Assembly: GCF_006345805.1 (NCBI RefSeq)
Contig: NC_043013.1
Coordinates: 49,104,001-49,168,000 of the forward strand
DNA from: Octopus sinensis
Taxonomy: Eukaryota
Direction: 5' to 3'
DNA: 64,000 nt
Below are positions 52,866 to 64,000 of the stretch, one piece after another. Within the stretch, counting starts at the first letter, position 1, and the number at the start of each line of letters is the position of its first letter. Position numbers and translations under genes: made by a program. The notes beneath the pieces are model-generated. The model was not told where the DNA came from and made no database searches. It saw only the letters and a program-made list of their open reading frames with translations.

Positions 52866-53225
52866 ATGTGGTACCCAAATGAAACCAGAATTTTGCAATG
52901 TTATTTTACTCAGTTTTACATGTTTACGCTGTTATTACCATTAAAGTATTCTTCATTTGAAGCAATGCATCGGTCCAGACGCGTCTTCCACTGTTCGAAT
53001 CAGTACTGGAACTCTTGTGAAGTAATGCCTTTTAACGCCTCCGTTGTCTTTTCCTTCACCTTTTCTACATCTGCAAATTCCGTAGCAACAGCTGTCGCCG
53101 CCAGTGACGACCTTCAAAGAAAGGTCCTGATCAACTTCCAGCTGTTCTTTCAATTCACGACATGCATTCATTTGTGACTGCTTTTAATCTTCCGTGAGCA
53201 AGTGAGGCACAAATTTCGCTGCAAC
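52866..53225 (-). mobile_element. Internally deleted mariner fragment
   Basis: VAAKFVPHLLTED...NACRELKEQLEVDQDLSLKVVTGGDSCCYG fused to the C-terminal EALKGITSQEFQY...RLDRCIASNEEYF. Confidence 0.8.
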
Positions 53226-53289
53226 TCTTTTTATTCGCAATTCCTCACACAAAATTTGTTGGCAGGAGCTCCAGGAGTCACCAGTCCAT

Positions 53290-53510
53290 CCATAAAAACT
53301 TCATTAGCCATCTCGATGAATTTCCTGCTAGTCTCGGAGACATGAACGATGAGCATGGTAATCATTTTCATCAAGCAATAAAGATCATGGAGGAGAGATA
53401 TCAAGGCCGATGGAACACATATATGATAGCAGGCTGTTGTTGGAGTATTCAAAAGACTGTGTAGACATGAAACATTCCAGACGTTCTCGCAAGCGGAAAT
53501 TTCTTCCGTG
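53290..53510 (+). mobile_element. Chapaev3-like (CMC) transposase C-terminal fragment
   Basis: SHLDEFPASLGDMNDEHGNHFHQAIKIMEERYQGRWNTYMIAGCCWS (cf. SHLDFFPENLGAVSDEHGERFHQDI..ME.RYQG.W...M.ADYCW). Confidence 0.7.
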
Positions 53511-53569
53511 AATATAAAGGTATGTGTATGATGGTTTGTGTTTTATCCATCATATTAGAGAATTAACAG

Positions 53570-54175
53570 TATAGAAATGGCTTTGTTATGGGTTACAGGC
53601 TAAACCACAACCCATTAAGGACCTCCATGCAAAAAAAATGTTCTTTCTGTTTGGTGGGATCGCATTGGAGTCGTCCACTTTGAGCTGTTACCAACTAATG
53701 CAACAATTACCGCTCACACCTATTACCAATAATTAGATCGTTTCGATGCTGCTTTGAAGAACCCAAGGCCTGTTTGGTGAATTGTAAAGGAGTGGTTTTT
53801 TTCACAATGATAATGCAGGGCTTTACACAGGAAATATTGCATCACAAAAAAAATCGAAGAACCTGTCTGGGAAAAAAGTCCCTCACCCCATCCCCTTATT
53901 CCCCGGGCCGCGTTCCTTCTGATTATCAATTGGTTCGAAGTTTACCGAATCATTTAGGTGGATTACTACTCAGAACCCTCAAAAAAAGGTTAAAACTGAC
54001 CGGTCTTCCTTCTTATCAAAACCAAATGAGTTATTCACCAATGGAATTAAAACATTGATGAGTAGATGGTAGAAAGTCATCAATACGGAAGGGAATTAGA
54101 AACAAGATAAAATTTTAATAATATGATCACTTCCTTTTCTTACCCCAAATTCAGACTCCTTATCGGATGACCTAA
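53570..54175 (+). mobile_element. Mariner transposase 3' fragment with right TIR
   Basis: SVWWDRIGVVHFELL, HNDNA, PYSPGRVPSDYQLVRSL; ends ttatcggatgacctaa+TA. Confidence 0.85.
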
Positions 54176-54380
54176 TAGCATGATAATGCACCTTACTTTG
54201 CAGCGTCATGATACGTATGATACCCGTATGATTTTGTAAAATGATTTCAATATATCTAAATTGAACTTACGGAGATGTACTTGCATAGCAAGTGACTTGA
54301 TCTGAGATCGTGTGCTGGAATGAAAACAATTGCAGCGTGGAAGGTGTTTATAAGCCATTTAAGAAACACACAAAAACCGC

Positions 54381-54487
54381 TAGATTCAGTTGAACATTTA
54401 AATTTAATTTGTCAAAATATTTTCGTCGCGGTCTCAAAGCGACGAAAATATTTTGACAAATTAAATTTAAATGTTGAAGTGAATCTA
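54381..54487. repeat. Fold-back hairpin, 49-bp arms, 9-nt loop
   Basis: 54381-54429 vs 54439-54487, 2 mismatches. Confidence 0.95.
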
Positions 54488-56897
54488 AATTGAACTGCAA
54501 ACGTTTAAGTGCATACACACACGCGTACACATACACATATACACATACACATGCTTGTAAATGTGCTCATGCATGTATGTTTAAGCTCTAACAAAACAGG
54601 TTACGTAGGTCTAATTATTTTCTGTATATTATAAAATTGATTAAGTTGTAGAAACATAAGCAGTTTATTAGAACAATAACACTGTATACTGAATCTAGTT
54701 AAACGTTAAAAGTTATTCGTACAAATAGCCTAAAGAGTAGAGAAGAGACATACAACCCATGGCAGTAGAAATACGTCTCCAATTTGTTTCATCGCAATTG
54801 AATCTACGATATAAATGAATATTTTACAAACTGTGTGAAATTTCTCAGAAATGAATATGGATTCATGTTACTCAAGGATTTCAAATAACAGCGTTACTTC
54901 AGCTTGACCTATATTTTAGTGGATGTCAATAACTTGTGTAACTGCTGCTATTGTTGAGAAGCCCAGCTATACTCTAGTTGACATATAAACCGAAGCTTTC
55001 AATGTATTTAGGTTATGTCGTGTTTCCCTGTTGTTTAAGTTATAGTTTTGTACCTTCCACCTTTCAGTAGAACGCTGTGTTTTGTGTAGTGTAAATAATT
55101 AGCATATAGTGTGTCTGCTTGGCCTAAAGATTTATTCAGTTTTGAATTTTATAGTCAAGTAAACCCAGACAGGATAGTCTTCGCCATTATATTAACTTTG
55201 CAACTAAAGGATGGAGATGGATCATCCTTCAATTTCGACGATGGGTACTTATAATTTCTATATATCGATAATCTAAACCATCTACTCAGTGTAATAGACT
55301 TTAGGTGGCTGAATATCTCACAGACACATGTGTAACTCAGATTCTGTTTTAAGAATATGTTGAACGTAATCTTCAATTAAGATTCGACGTTTGAAAAGTA
55401 TGGGTGGAAAGCTCGCATTTTGAATTAAATTACAGATATAATCCATATAACAGGATTCCACACAAACACCAGCAACCCACTTTTACTCACAAGGTGACCA
55501 GAATTTATGAGAGAAGGTCCAACTTCAACGAAGTCAGATTGAAATCAGCACTTTATGATTGCGACGTGAATTTTATAACCATTCTGTCATTGAGCAAAGA
55601 CATTCTAGCTTTAACTTATCCTTGATTATCATATCTAAACAGATCACTCATTGATCAAATTTCGAGTCTTGACATGGGTGCGCCATATGACTGTAGCTAG
55701 GTGTGTTGTACACGTCACGTATGCCACTTTTTTTTCTAGTTTCAGCTCAGAGCTGCGGCCATGCTGATGCACCGCCGTTTCTTAGTACAACAGGGGTTTC
55801 CACCACCCCTGCTGGAGCCTCGTGGAGCTTTAGGTGTTTTTGCTCAATAAACACACACAACGCCCGGTCTGGGAATCGAAACCACGATACTCCGACCGCG
55901 AGTCCGCTGCCCTAACCACTGGGCCATTATTCAATGCACATAGTTGCCCGCCCTCTTTGTCCGTATCTATAGTTCGATGCTGTGAGTATTGAGTATGCAG
56001 AAATGGTTTAATTGCTGCTATTTATTTTATTTCAACCCTGATGAAGTAGAACAATGATCAAAGATATTCCAGGCGTGATGTTATCGCCGTGTTAATATAA
56101 GCATCTGGGATCACAGTGTTTAATGTTTTTTGTTCTATACATTAAGAAGGAAGGGTGTGATATCAGAAAGATTTAGCAGATCGTATAACAAAATTGAAGC
56201 AGCAGACAATTAGTTCTTTATACTGGATTCATCACAGTCTTCTTTCACTATTTGGTTTCGAAAAGTTTTGTAAGTATTTTATGGTTAGACGTAGTTCTTT
56301 ATAGTTAAAACCGTACCTTCCATGTCTTTTAGTTTGTGTTAATTTACCGATGTCGAATTGTGCAGGATATTTGTCATGTAGAATTTTTCTTCCGATTTTG
56401 TTCTTTGTGGTTTTCGGTGTTCCATTTTAATTTCTGCTATTCTTATAACTTTTAATCTATGTTGTTAACGACATCACTCTGAAGAATATAGCTTTGTTAT
56501 ACAGATTTCCTTTTGGTACACCTAATTTTAATCCCTCCATCATCAATAATCACATCTTTTGCGAAATTGCTTTTACTGTAGTAATTTTTAAAACCTATCC
56601 CATCCTCTTTGTCTCTCCCATATAACTTTCTAACTTCCATGAAATGAGATCCCTACCATTTAAACATTTTGATAGAATATTGTTTAATTGCAATTTAATA
56701 TAGAGGAGGTAGTACCGATTATGTCACTAAAGGGAGACTTTAAACTACCGCACAAAGTATTACTGTTTTATAAAGGAACAGAGAGTAAAAGGAAGGTTAT
56801 GGAAATGAAGAGACAAAAAAAACTGACATTTACACAAATGAAAGCAACAACGAGATTTCTAATAACGTAAGAGCGATAGCTGCAGTTTTACTAGGAT

Positions 56898-57274
56898 GGA
56901 AGCACTCCGTCGGTTACGACGACGAGGGTTCTGGTTGATCCGATCAACGGAACAGCCTGCTCGTGAAATTAACGTGTAAGTGGATGAGCACTCCACAGAC
57001 ACGTGCACCCTTAACGTAGTTCTCGGGGATATTCAGCGTGACACAGAGAGTGACAAGGCCGGCCCTTTGAAATACAGGTACAACAGAAACAGGAAGTAAG
57101 AGAAAGTTGTGGTGAAAGGGTACAGCAGGGATCACCACCATCCCCTGCCGGAGCCTCGTGGAGCTTTAGGTGTTTTCGCTCAATAAACACTCACAACGCC
57201 CGGTCTGGGAATCGAAATCGCGATCCTACGACCGCGAGTCCGCTGCCCTAACCACTGGGCCATTGCATCTCCAC
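56898..57274 (-). mobile_element. SINE family D, full length, 14-bp TSD (partial copy also at about 55790-55927)
   Basis: agttttactaggat on both flanks. Confidence 0.93.
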
Positions 57275-57539
57275 AGTTTTACTAGGATTGCTAATCAGAA
57301 GAAAGAACTCAGTATAGATCAGCACATGGACAAGAACACGAAAGAGGAATGGTAACAGAAGCAATGCCTCCTTTTCCACAAAATCATTAGCGAACGGCCA
57401 AAGAGGGATGTTAACTATTCCTTTTTTTTTATAAAAAGCGGGAAGATTTTTAATACAACATGAATACAACAGCTGGGGTAAAATTCTGGCCGATGTACGC
57501 CTTACCATCTAGAAAAATGCGGAGCGAAGAAATAGACGA

Positions 57540-57860
57540 ATTTAGAACACCACAAACCTGGCCATAGTGTGAATCGGCAGTATATGAAGGAAAACGTGCA
57601 AAAGCCACAGTCAAGGATACTGAGGGTCACCATTAAAGCTCATCGTCGCCTGTGCGAAAAAATACTCCAACCAACATATCATAGGTTGGGGTCTCCATGA
57701 AATTGCAAGTCTTGATAACCTAGAAATCCATGAATCTTCCCGGAGTTGTAACCCTTGTGTAACCATAAATGAAAAGAATTAGACTAATGGCGTAGAACAG
57801 AAAGCACAGTTGCTATACACGTGTCCGCAAAACTAGCAGCAGCATTGGCAAAACATCACC
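57540..57860 (+). mobile_element. Possible degraded R4-type CCHC zinc-knuckle fragment
   Basis: RQYMKENVQK...RLCEK...QHIIG...KLAAALAKHHL across frameshifts. Confidence 0.35.
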
Positions 57861-58079
57861 TAGAGATGTCTGAGAGCTTTCTAACCACTGGATTTAATTA
57901 TCAAAGAAAATTTACTATGTTTGTTAAAGGTATTATTTACTACGTGTGTATGTGTGTGTGTGTGCGTTGATGTAACTACTTTATCTATAACGGTATTTGT
58001 ACGTTTATATCTATGTAAACTGTTAAAATATACAAAGTGGCCTAGAAATACATGAACGGTCAACAGGTTATTATTATTA

Positions 58080-58245
<166 letters not shown>

Positions 58246-58507
58246 TTTATGGGTTTTTCTTCTTCTTTCAAATTTGTTTCCATTTCTTGCCGAGTGTCTC
58301 CCGACTCCTAGGGCAAAGAAACTCATAGTATACATTGGTAGGCCATTAAACTAAATTCACTAGTTCATTCTAGTTCGTTCATTTTTTTTTTGATAGAAAT
58401 AAAGTTAAATTAAAATACATGGGTAGTAATAGTTCTCACATCGACAATGCTCTTCTCAATACGTGTGATGTACCAATTAAGACAATCTTTTGCACTTCTT
58501 GCAAGGA

Positions 58508-58592
<85 letters not shown>

Positions 58593-59439
58593 CTGCAGGA
58601 CGAGTTTTCAAACGCCCCAGGCTGGTGCAGCTTAAAACATTTATTTATACTGGTTTGGTGGGGTTTTTTGTATTATTCGTTTTAATCCAAGTTATCAATA
58701 TAAACACTGTTACTGGTTTTCTATGGTTGTTTAGCCGCTCAATGGGCTACATTCGGCCTACCAAATAAGTCCGGTGGGCATTTGATTTAATTTAATGAAA
58801 TACAACTCAACGAGACAGCGGAAGGCGTCTTGAAATAGTTGAGAAAAAAGAAAACTGCCCCTCCCCCCCGAATCTGGTGACTGCTGAAGATTTCCCTCCC
58901 CTTTCCCTCCGTTACTGGCAACAATACAAGAGAAGGTGGGGTGAAAAACGAAAGTGGAACAGTAGAATGTCCACTTCGTAGTAACAACGGTGATAGCAGT
59001 TACAACAGCAGCAGCAACAGCGGCAGTAGTAGTAGTGGTAGTAACAACAACAACAACTATAGAGACAGCCACAGCAGCAGCAGCAACGATGGCAACAACA
59101 GCAACAACAATAGCAAAAAGGAAACATCAACAACAAAAAAACAACACAAACAACACCAACAAAAGCAACGACAACAACAACAATAGCAGCCGAAGCAACA
59201 ACATTACCAACAACAAAAACACGTTCGCTGCAGCAGCAGCGAAAAAGAAGCAGCACTTCACTGTGGACCTCACAAACAGAGATAAAATGTTGGCCCAGGC
59301 ACGGAAACTGATTAAACAAGAACAAACCTGGGCCAACCTAACTATTACGTCAGAGGCACTTAAAGCAATGGAGGAAAGAGCGGTGCTTTTCAGATGCATT
59401 TCAGCAGAAACGAAAAAGAGCGGCTTTAATAGCCCAAGT

Positions 59440-60585
59440 AGATATTAAAGCGTCGCTGAGGTACATCAGAAATGACACCAAGTACATAGCGAGGGGCAAA
59501 CAATGCGGCACCATTTCGGTGCTGTTTAAGTCCAGAATCCCTTGGTCTCTCCTGATGATAACCGCAATCCTCTACAGGATGTTTTCTTCCGTATTTTCAT
59601 ATTAAGTACTGAGAATTTTTAATCACAAATTCCATACCGATGTCCCTGCCACACTTCTGGAATGTTTTTGGTTAAGGAATCTATCTGTTTTTCAAATTTC
59701 CCAAATAATTTAAGGTCATCCATAAACAGGAGATGGCTCAATTATGGGCCTTTCTTTCCACATTGGTAACCTATCTTAACTTTCCTAAGTGTCATTGTTA
59801 TGGGCATTAGAGCAATTACAAATAGGAACGGAGAAAACGAGTCACCTTGGAAGATTCCCCTATTAACATTAACTTCTCCAAGGAATACATCACTTGAGTA
59901 CAATTTGGTTTTCCACTCTTACATGCTAAGTATCAGAAAATTCGTGATGTTGTCAGCAACACCAAATATCTGCAGGCATTCAACGATCCAAGAGTGAGGC
60001 ATCATATCATGTGCCTTCTTAAAGTCAATCCAAGCCATAGATATATTTGTATGATGTTTTATTATAACGTCTCAAAACTGTTTTATCGATAACCAGGTGA
60101 TCCTTGGTACTCTGAGAATTCTTCCTACATCCTTTTTGCTACCTTGGTAATATTTCTTCCTGTGCCAGGAAAGTATATATCTTTGCCGCACATATTCCAG
60201 ATTATGTTTCGACATGCTACGGGACGATAGTTTCCCACAATATTCCCCTTTCTTTTATCTTCCATTATAAGTGTTGTCCTCCCAGTCACCAACCACGCGG
60301 GGACTGTACGTTTCTGGACACACTCATTCAATTGGACAGCTAGTCTTTCATGCACCGCGTGGCATCTCTTCAGTCAAAAGCCATGAATCCCATTGTGTCC
60401 GGCGGCTTTCCAGTTAGGCGCTTTACCCACTTATTTTTTCCCGTCACCCATGCTTATGACAATATTCCTATGTTTCTTTCTTCTTTGTAATTCTGTCTTG
60501 ATAGTTCCTAGCCACATTGTATCCCTTTTATGCACCACATTATTTTCCTATAATCCCATAATCCCATAGCGTTCGGAAGAATTGA
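59440..60585 (-). mobile_element. R4/Dong RT fragment
   Basis: WLVTGRTTLI, GNYRPVAC, AWIDFKKAHDMMPHSW, RGIFQGDSFSP, HLLFMDDLKLFG. Confidence 0.88.
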
Positions 60586-60590
60586 TTCTC

Positions 60591-60667
<77 letters not shown>

Positions 60668-60669
<2 letters not shown>

Positions 60670-60890
60670 TCTCTTTACTCTTTCTCTTTTACTTGTTTCA
60701 GTCATTTGACTGCGGCCATGCTGGAGCACCGCCTCTAATCGAGCAACTCGACCCCGGGACTTATTCTTTTGTAAGCCCAGTACTTATTCTATCGGTCTCT
60801 TTTGCCGAACCGCTAAGTGACGGGGACGTAAACACACCAGCATCGGTTGTCAAGCAATGCTAGGGGACAAATACAGACACACAAACACAA

Positions 60891-60923
<33 letters not shown>

Positions 60924-61094
60924 GATATATACGACAGGCTTCTTTCAGTTTCCGTCTACCAAATCGACTCACAAGGCATTGGTCGGCCCGAGGCTATAGT
61001 AGAAGACACTTGCCCAAGGTGCCACGCAGTGGGACTGAACCCAGAACCATGTGGTTGGTTAGCAAGCTACTTACCACACAGCCACTCCTGCGCC
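60668..61094 (-). mobile_element. SINE family A, full length
   Basis: Reverse-complement match to 51696-52103. Confidence 0.92.
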
Positions 61095-61131
<37 letters not shown>

Positions 61132-61138
61132 GTTGTTG

Positions 61139-61182
<44 letters not shown>

Positions 61183-61186
61183 GTTG

Positions 61187-61265
<79 letters not shown>

Positions 61266-61289
61266 TAGTAGTAGTAGTAGTAGTATTGC

Positions 61290-61455
61290 CTTTGCACAGC
61301 TTCTAATGCTCGAGATGTATTACAGTCTCACCTGTTCACTACCAGTGATCTAAGGTAACACCTCTTATTTTTCGAGCAGAGTATTCGAACACTTGCAAGC
61401 AGTGCTGTTTTTTGAAAGGGCTCCACCCTTATTGCAGCCCCTATTTGTTCCACGT
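61290..61455 (-). mobile_element. R4/Dong 3'-end fragment between (AGT)n and (ATT)n tracts
   Basis: EQIGAAIRVEPFQKTALLASVRIL. Confidence 0.6.
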
Positions 61456-61584
61456 ATTATTATTATTATTATTATGCTCTAAGGTTTGGACGTGACAGCG
61501 GCTGGACGTATTCTTCGCTGCTCGAACCTGTCAGCAGTTGAAGACACAGAAACACTAATGCAACCCAGCAGGACAACTGAAAAA

Positions 61585-61665
61585 ATAACTCTATTATTAT
61601 TATTATCATAAATTATTATTATTATTATTATTATTATATTATTATTATTATTATTATTAAAATTA

Positions 61666-61696
<31 letters not shown>

Positions 61697-61727
61697 TATT
61701 ATTATTGTTATTATCATTATATTATCA

Positions 61728-61762
<35 letters not shown>

Positions 61763-61880
61763 ATTATTATTATTATTATTATTATTGTTATTATATTATT
61801 ATCATAAATTATTATTATTATTATTATTATTATTATCATTATTAGTTTTATTGTTATTATCATTATTATTATCATTATTA

Positions 61881-61913
<33 letters not shown>

Positions 61914-62337
61914 CATAAATTATTATTATTATATAAATTATTATTATTATTATTATTATTATTATTGTTATTATCATTATTATTATCATTATTATTATTA
62001 TTATTAATATTATTATTATTATTATTATCGTTATTATTATTATAATTATTATTATTATTATATTATTATTATAAATTATTATTATTATTATTATCATTAT
62101 TATTATTATTATTATTATCAAAATTATTATTATTATTATTATTATTATTATTGTTATTATCATTATTATTATCATTATTATTATTATTATTATCATTATT
62201 ATTATTATTATAAATTATTATTATCATTATTATTATAAATTATTATTATTATTATTATTATTATTTTTATTTTTATTATTATCATTATTATTATTATAAT
62301 TATTATTATTATTATTATTTTATCATTATTATTATCA

Positions 62338-62372
<35 letters not shown>

Positions 62373-62678
62373 AATTATTAATATTATTATTATAATTATT
62401 ATTATTATTATTATTATTATTATAAATTATTATTATTATTATTATAAATTATTATTATTATTATCATTATTATCATTATTATTATTATTATTATCATTAT
62501 TATCATTATTATTATTATTATTATTATCATTATTATTATCATTATTATTATCATCATTATTATTATTATTATTATTATAAATTATTATTATTATTATTAT
62601 TATTATCATTATTATTATTATCATTATTATTATTATTATTATTATAAATTATTATTATTATTTTCATTATTATTATTA

Positions 62679-62730
<52 letters not shown>

Positions 62731-62748
62731 CATTATTATCATTATTAT
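61585..62748. repeat. About 1.2-kb degenerate (ATT)n microsatellite with ATC/ATAAATT variants
   Basis: Seen directly. Confidence 0.97.
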
Positions 62749-62759
62749 TCCTGCTTCTT

Positions 62760-63520
62760 TTTTTCTTTTCTATTTTATTACTTTGTCATCACCAAGGCAT
62801 ATATTACCTATGATTAAACAGATCTGTCCTCTTTATTCACAACCATTACATCTGGCCTTCGATGTTCAATTTCATGATCCCACAGAATCATGAAGTTTCA
62901 GTTCCTTTATTTTGTCAGTTTCGAGTCTACTTCTGGAATTTGTCCGTCCTACATGTTTACTCCATCCAGTCCATACTCGTCATACACCTTCCAAGGAATC
63001 AGTCTTGCGACATTATTGTATCTTATTTTGTATTTGGGAGAGGGGACAGCTTTGCACACTCATTCACAATATGCCATTCAGTCTCACCTTTATCAATGCA
63101 AACTCTGCTCGTGGCACATTCTTCTGTATTATCATCCCTGCATTTGGTGCAATTTGTTGTAAGTGCTTGTTTCTGCGCAGCACAAATAAGCGTTTCTGTT
63201 CCTCGCTTCAAGTAATCTTTTCTTAGCCACAGTGCCTTCTTTCATCGGCGTCTGTATTCCTGTTCTCCTCTCTCAAAAACTGCGAGAGAGGTGAATGGGA
63301 ATACAAACATCTTTTTCCATTCCATTTCCTTTCATCTTCCTTAAGCTGTTTTCCTGTTTATACTCCTCTGTCTCTACGCAAGTATGTCCTAACTAAATCA
63401 CTATCCTCACCTAAACTAACATTAGTTCTATGGCATCCACGCTACTTTATCTGTGTATATGCAACTTTCACTGTTGATTAACCCCCGCCTACCTTTGTGT
63501 CGGTTAATATCACACTTGAG
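62760..63520 (-). mobile_element. R4/Dong C-terminal fragment (CCHC and start of the RLE endonuclease)
   Basis: KRGTETLICAAQKQAL...CIDKGETEWHIVNECAKL. Confidence 0.75.
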
Positions 63521-63523
63521 ATG

Positions 63524-63725
63524 AAGGCGGTGGCTCAGCAGAATCGTTATCACGCCGGACAAAATGCTTATCGGCATTATTCCGACTTTACATTCTGAGT
63601 TCAAATTTTATTGGGGTTGATGCTGCTGCTCATCCTTTCCAGGGCGATAAAATACGTACGAGTTGAGTACATATTAAAATAACTTACTCCTTTCCACGAA
63701 ATTGCAGGCCTTGTGCCAAAATTTA
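63524..63725 (+). mobile_element. SINE family B copy
   Basis: aaggcggtggctcagcagaatcgtta head, gagttcaaatt B box, ggccttgtgccaaa tail. Confidence 0.75.
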
Positions 63726-64000
63726 AACCAACTCTTGAGGTGGAATGCTACTTGCATTGTGAGTAGTTTTCTCTGTAAATTATCCTCTGTAAATTCTATT
63801 TCCTTCAATTGATAATACCTCAATAATGCAATTGCTCATTTAAACTTCTTCCATTTAGGACCACAGCAACAGTCTAAGTTTCTGGTGGAACTCCTGTGTA
63901 GAGCCTTACTTGATTTATTCCATGAATTCATTCAACTCTACTAACATCTATCCTTTGTATGATTTTCTTTGATGATAATTCTGCACATTCTAGACTGTTG

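Noticed and set aside
55155-55625. Two short non-repetitive ORFs
   Set aside because: No recognisable motifs or splice context.
56030-56075. CTGATGA followed by ..atcAAAGatatTC
   Set aside because: G12 is missing and neither stem I nor stem II pairs.

Overview
AT-rich, microsatellite-dense animal genomic DNA, most consistent with an octopus/coleoid cephalopod (inferred from the SINE families and repeat landscape, not proven). The only host gene I can support is the 3' end of a PDE11-like cyclic-nucleotide phosphodiesterase on the + strand. It has five coding exons (1437-1537, 7925-8066, 19726-19800, 24006-24089, 44943-45077), all with AG/GT boundaries, that splice in frame to 178 aa ending in TAG. 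Almost everything else is transposon-derived: at least four tRNA-headed SINE families, Penelope-like elements (PLEs) of two lineages, CR1 and R4/Dong LINE fragments, mariner/Tc1, a Chapaev3-like fragment, Helitron pieces and a TIR/MITE family. Most ORFs in the supplied track are microsatellite artefacts. The main unexplained signal is about 10 minimal hammerhead-ribozyme motifs of unrelated sequence, nearly all with a palindromic helix III (ACGT, ACTAGT, ACATATGT, ACCGGT and others). There are also four near-perfect fold-back hairpins whose arms carry the 3' half of such a hammerhead. All ribozyme calls come from manual folding; none has been tested.
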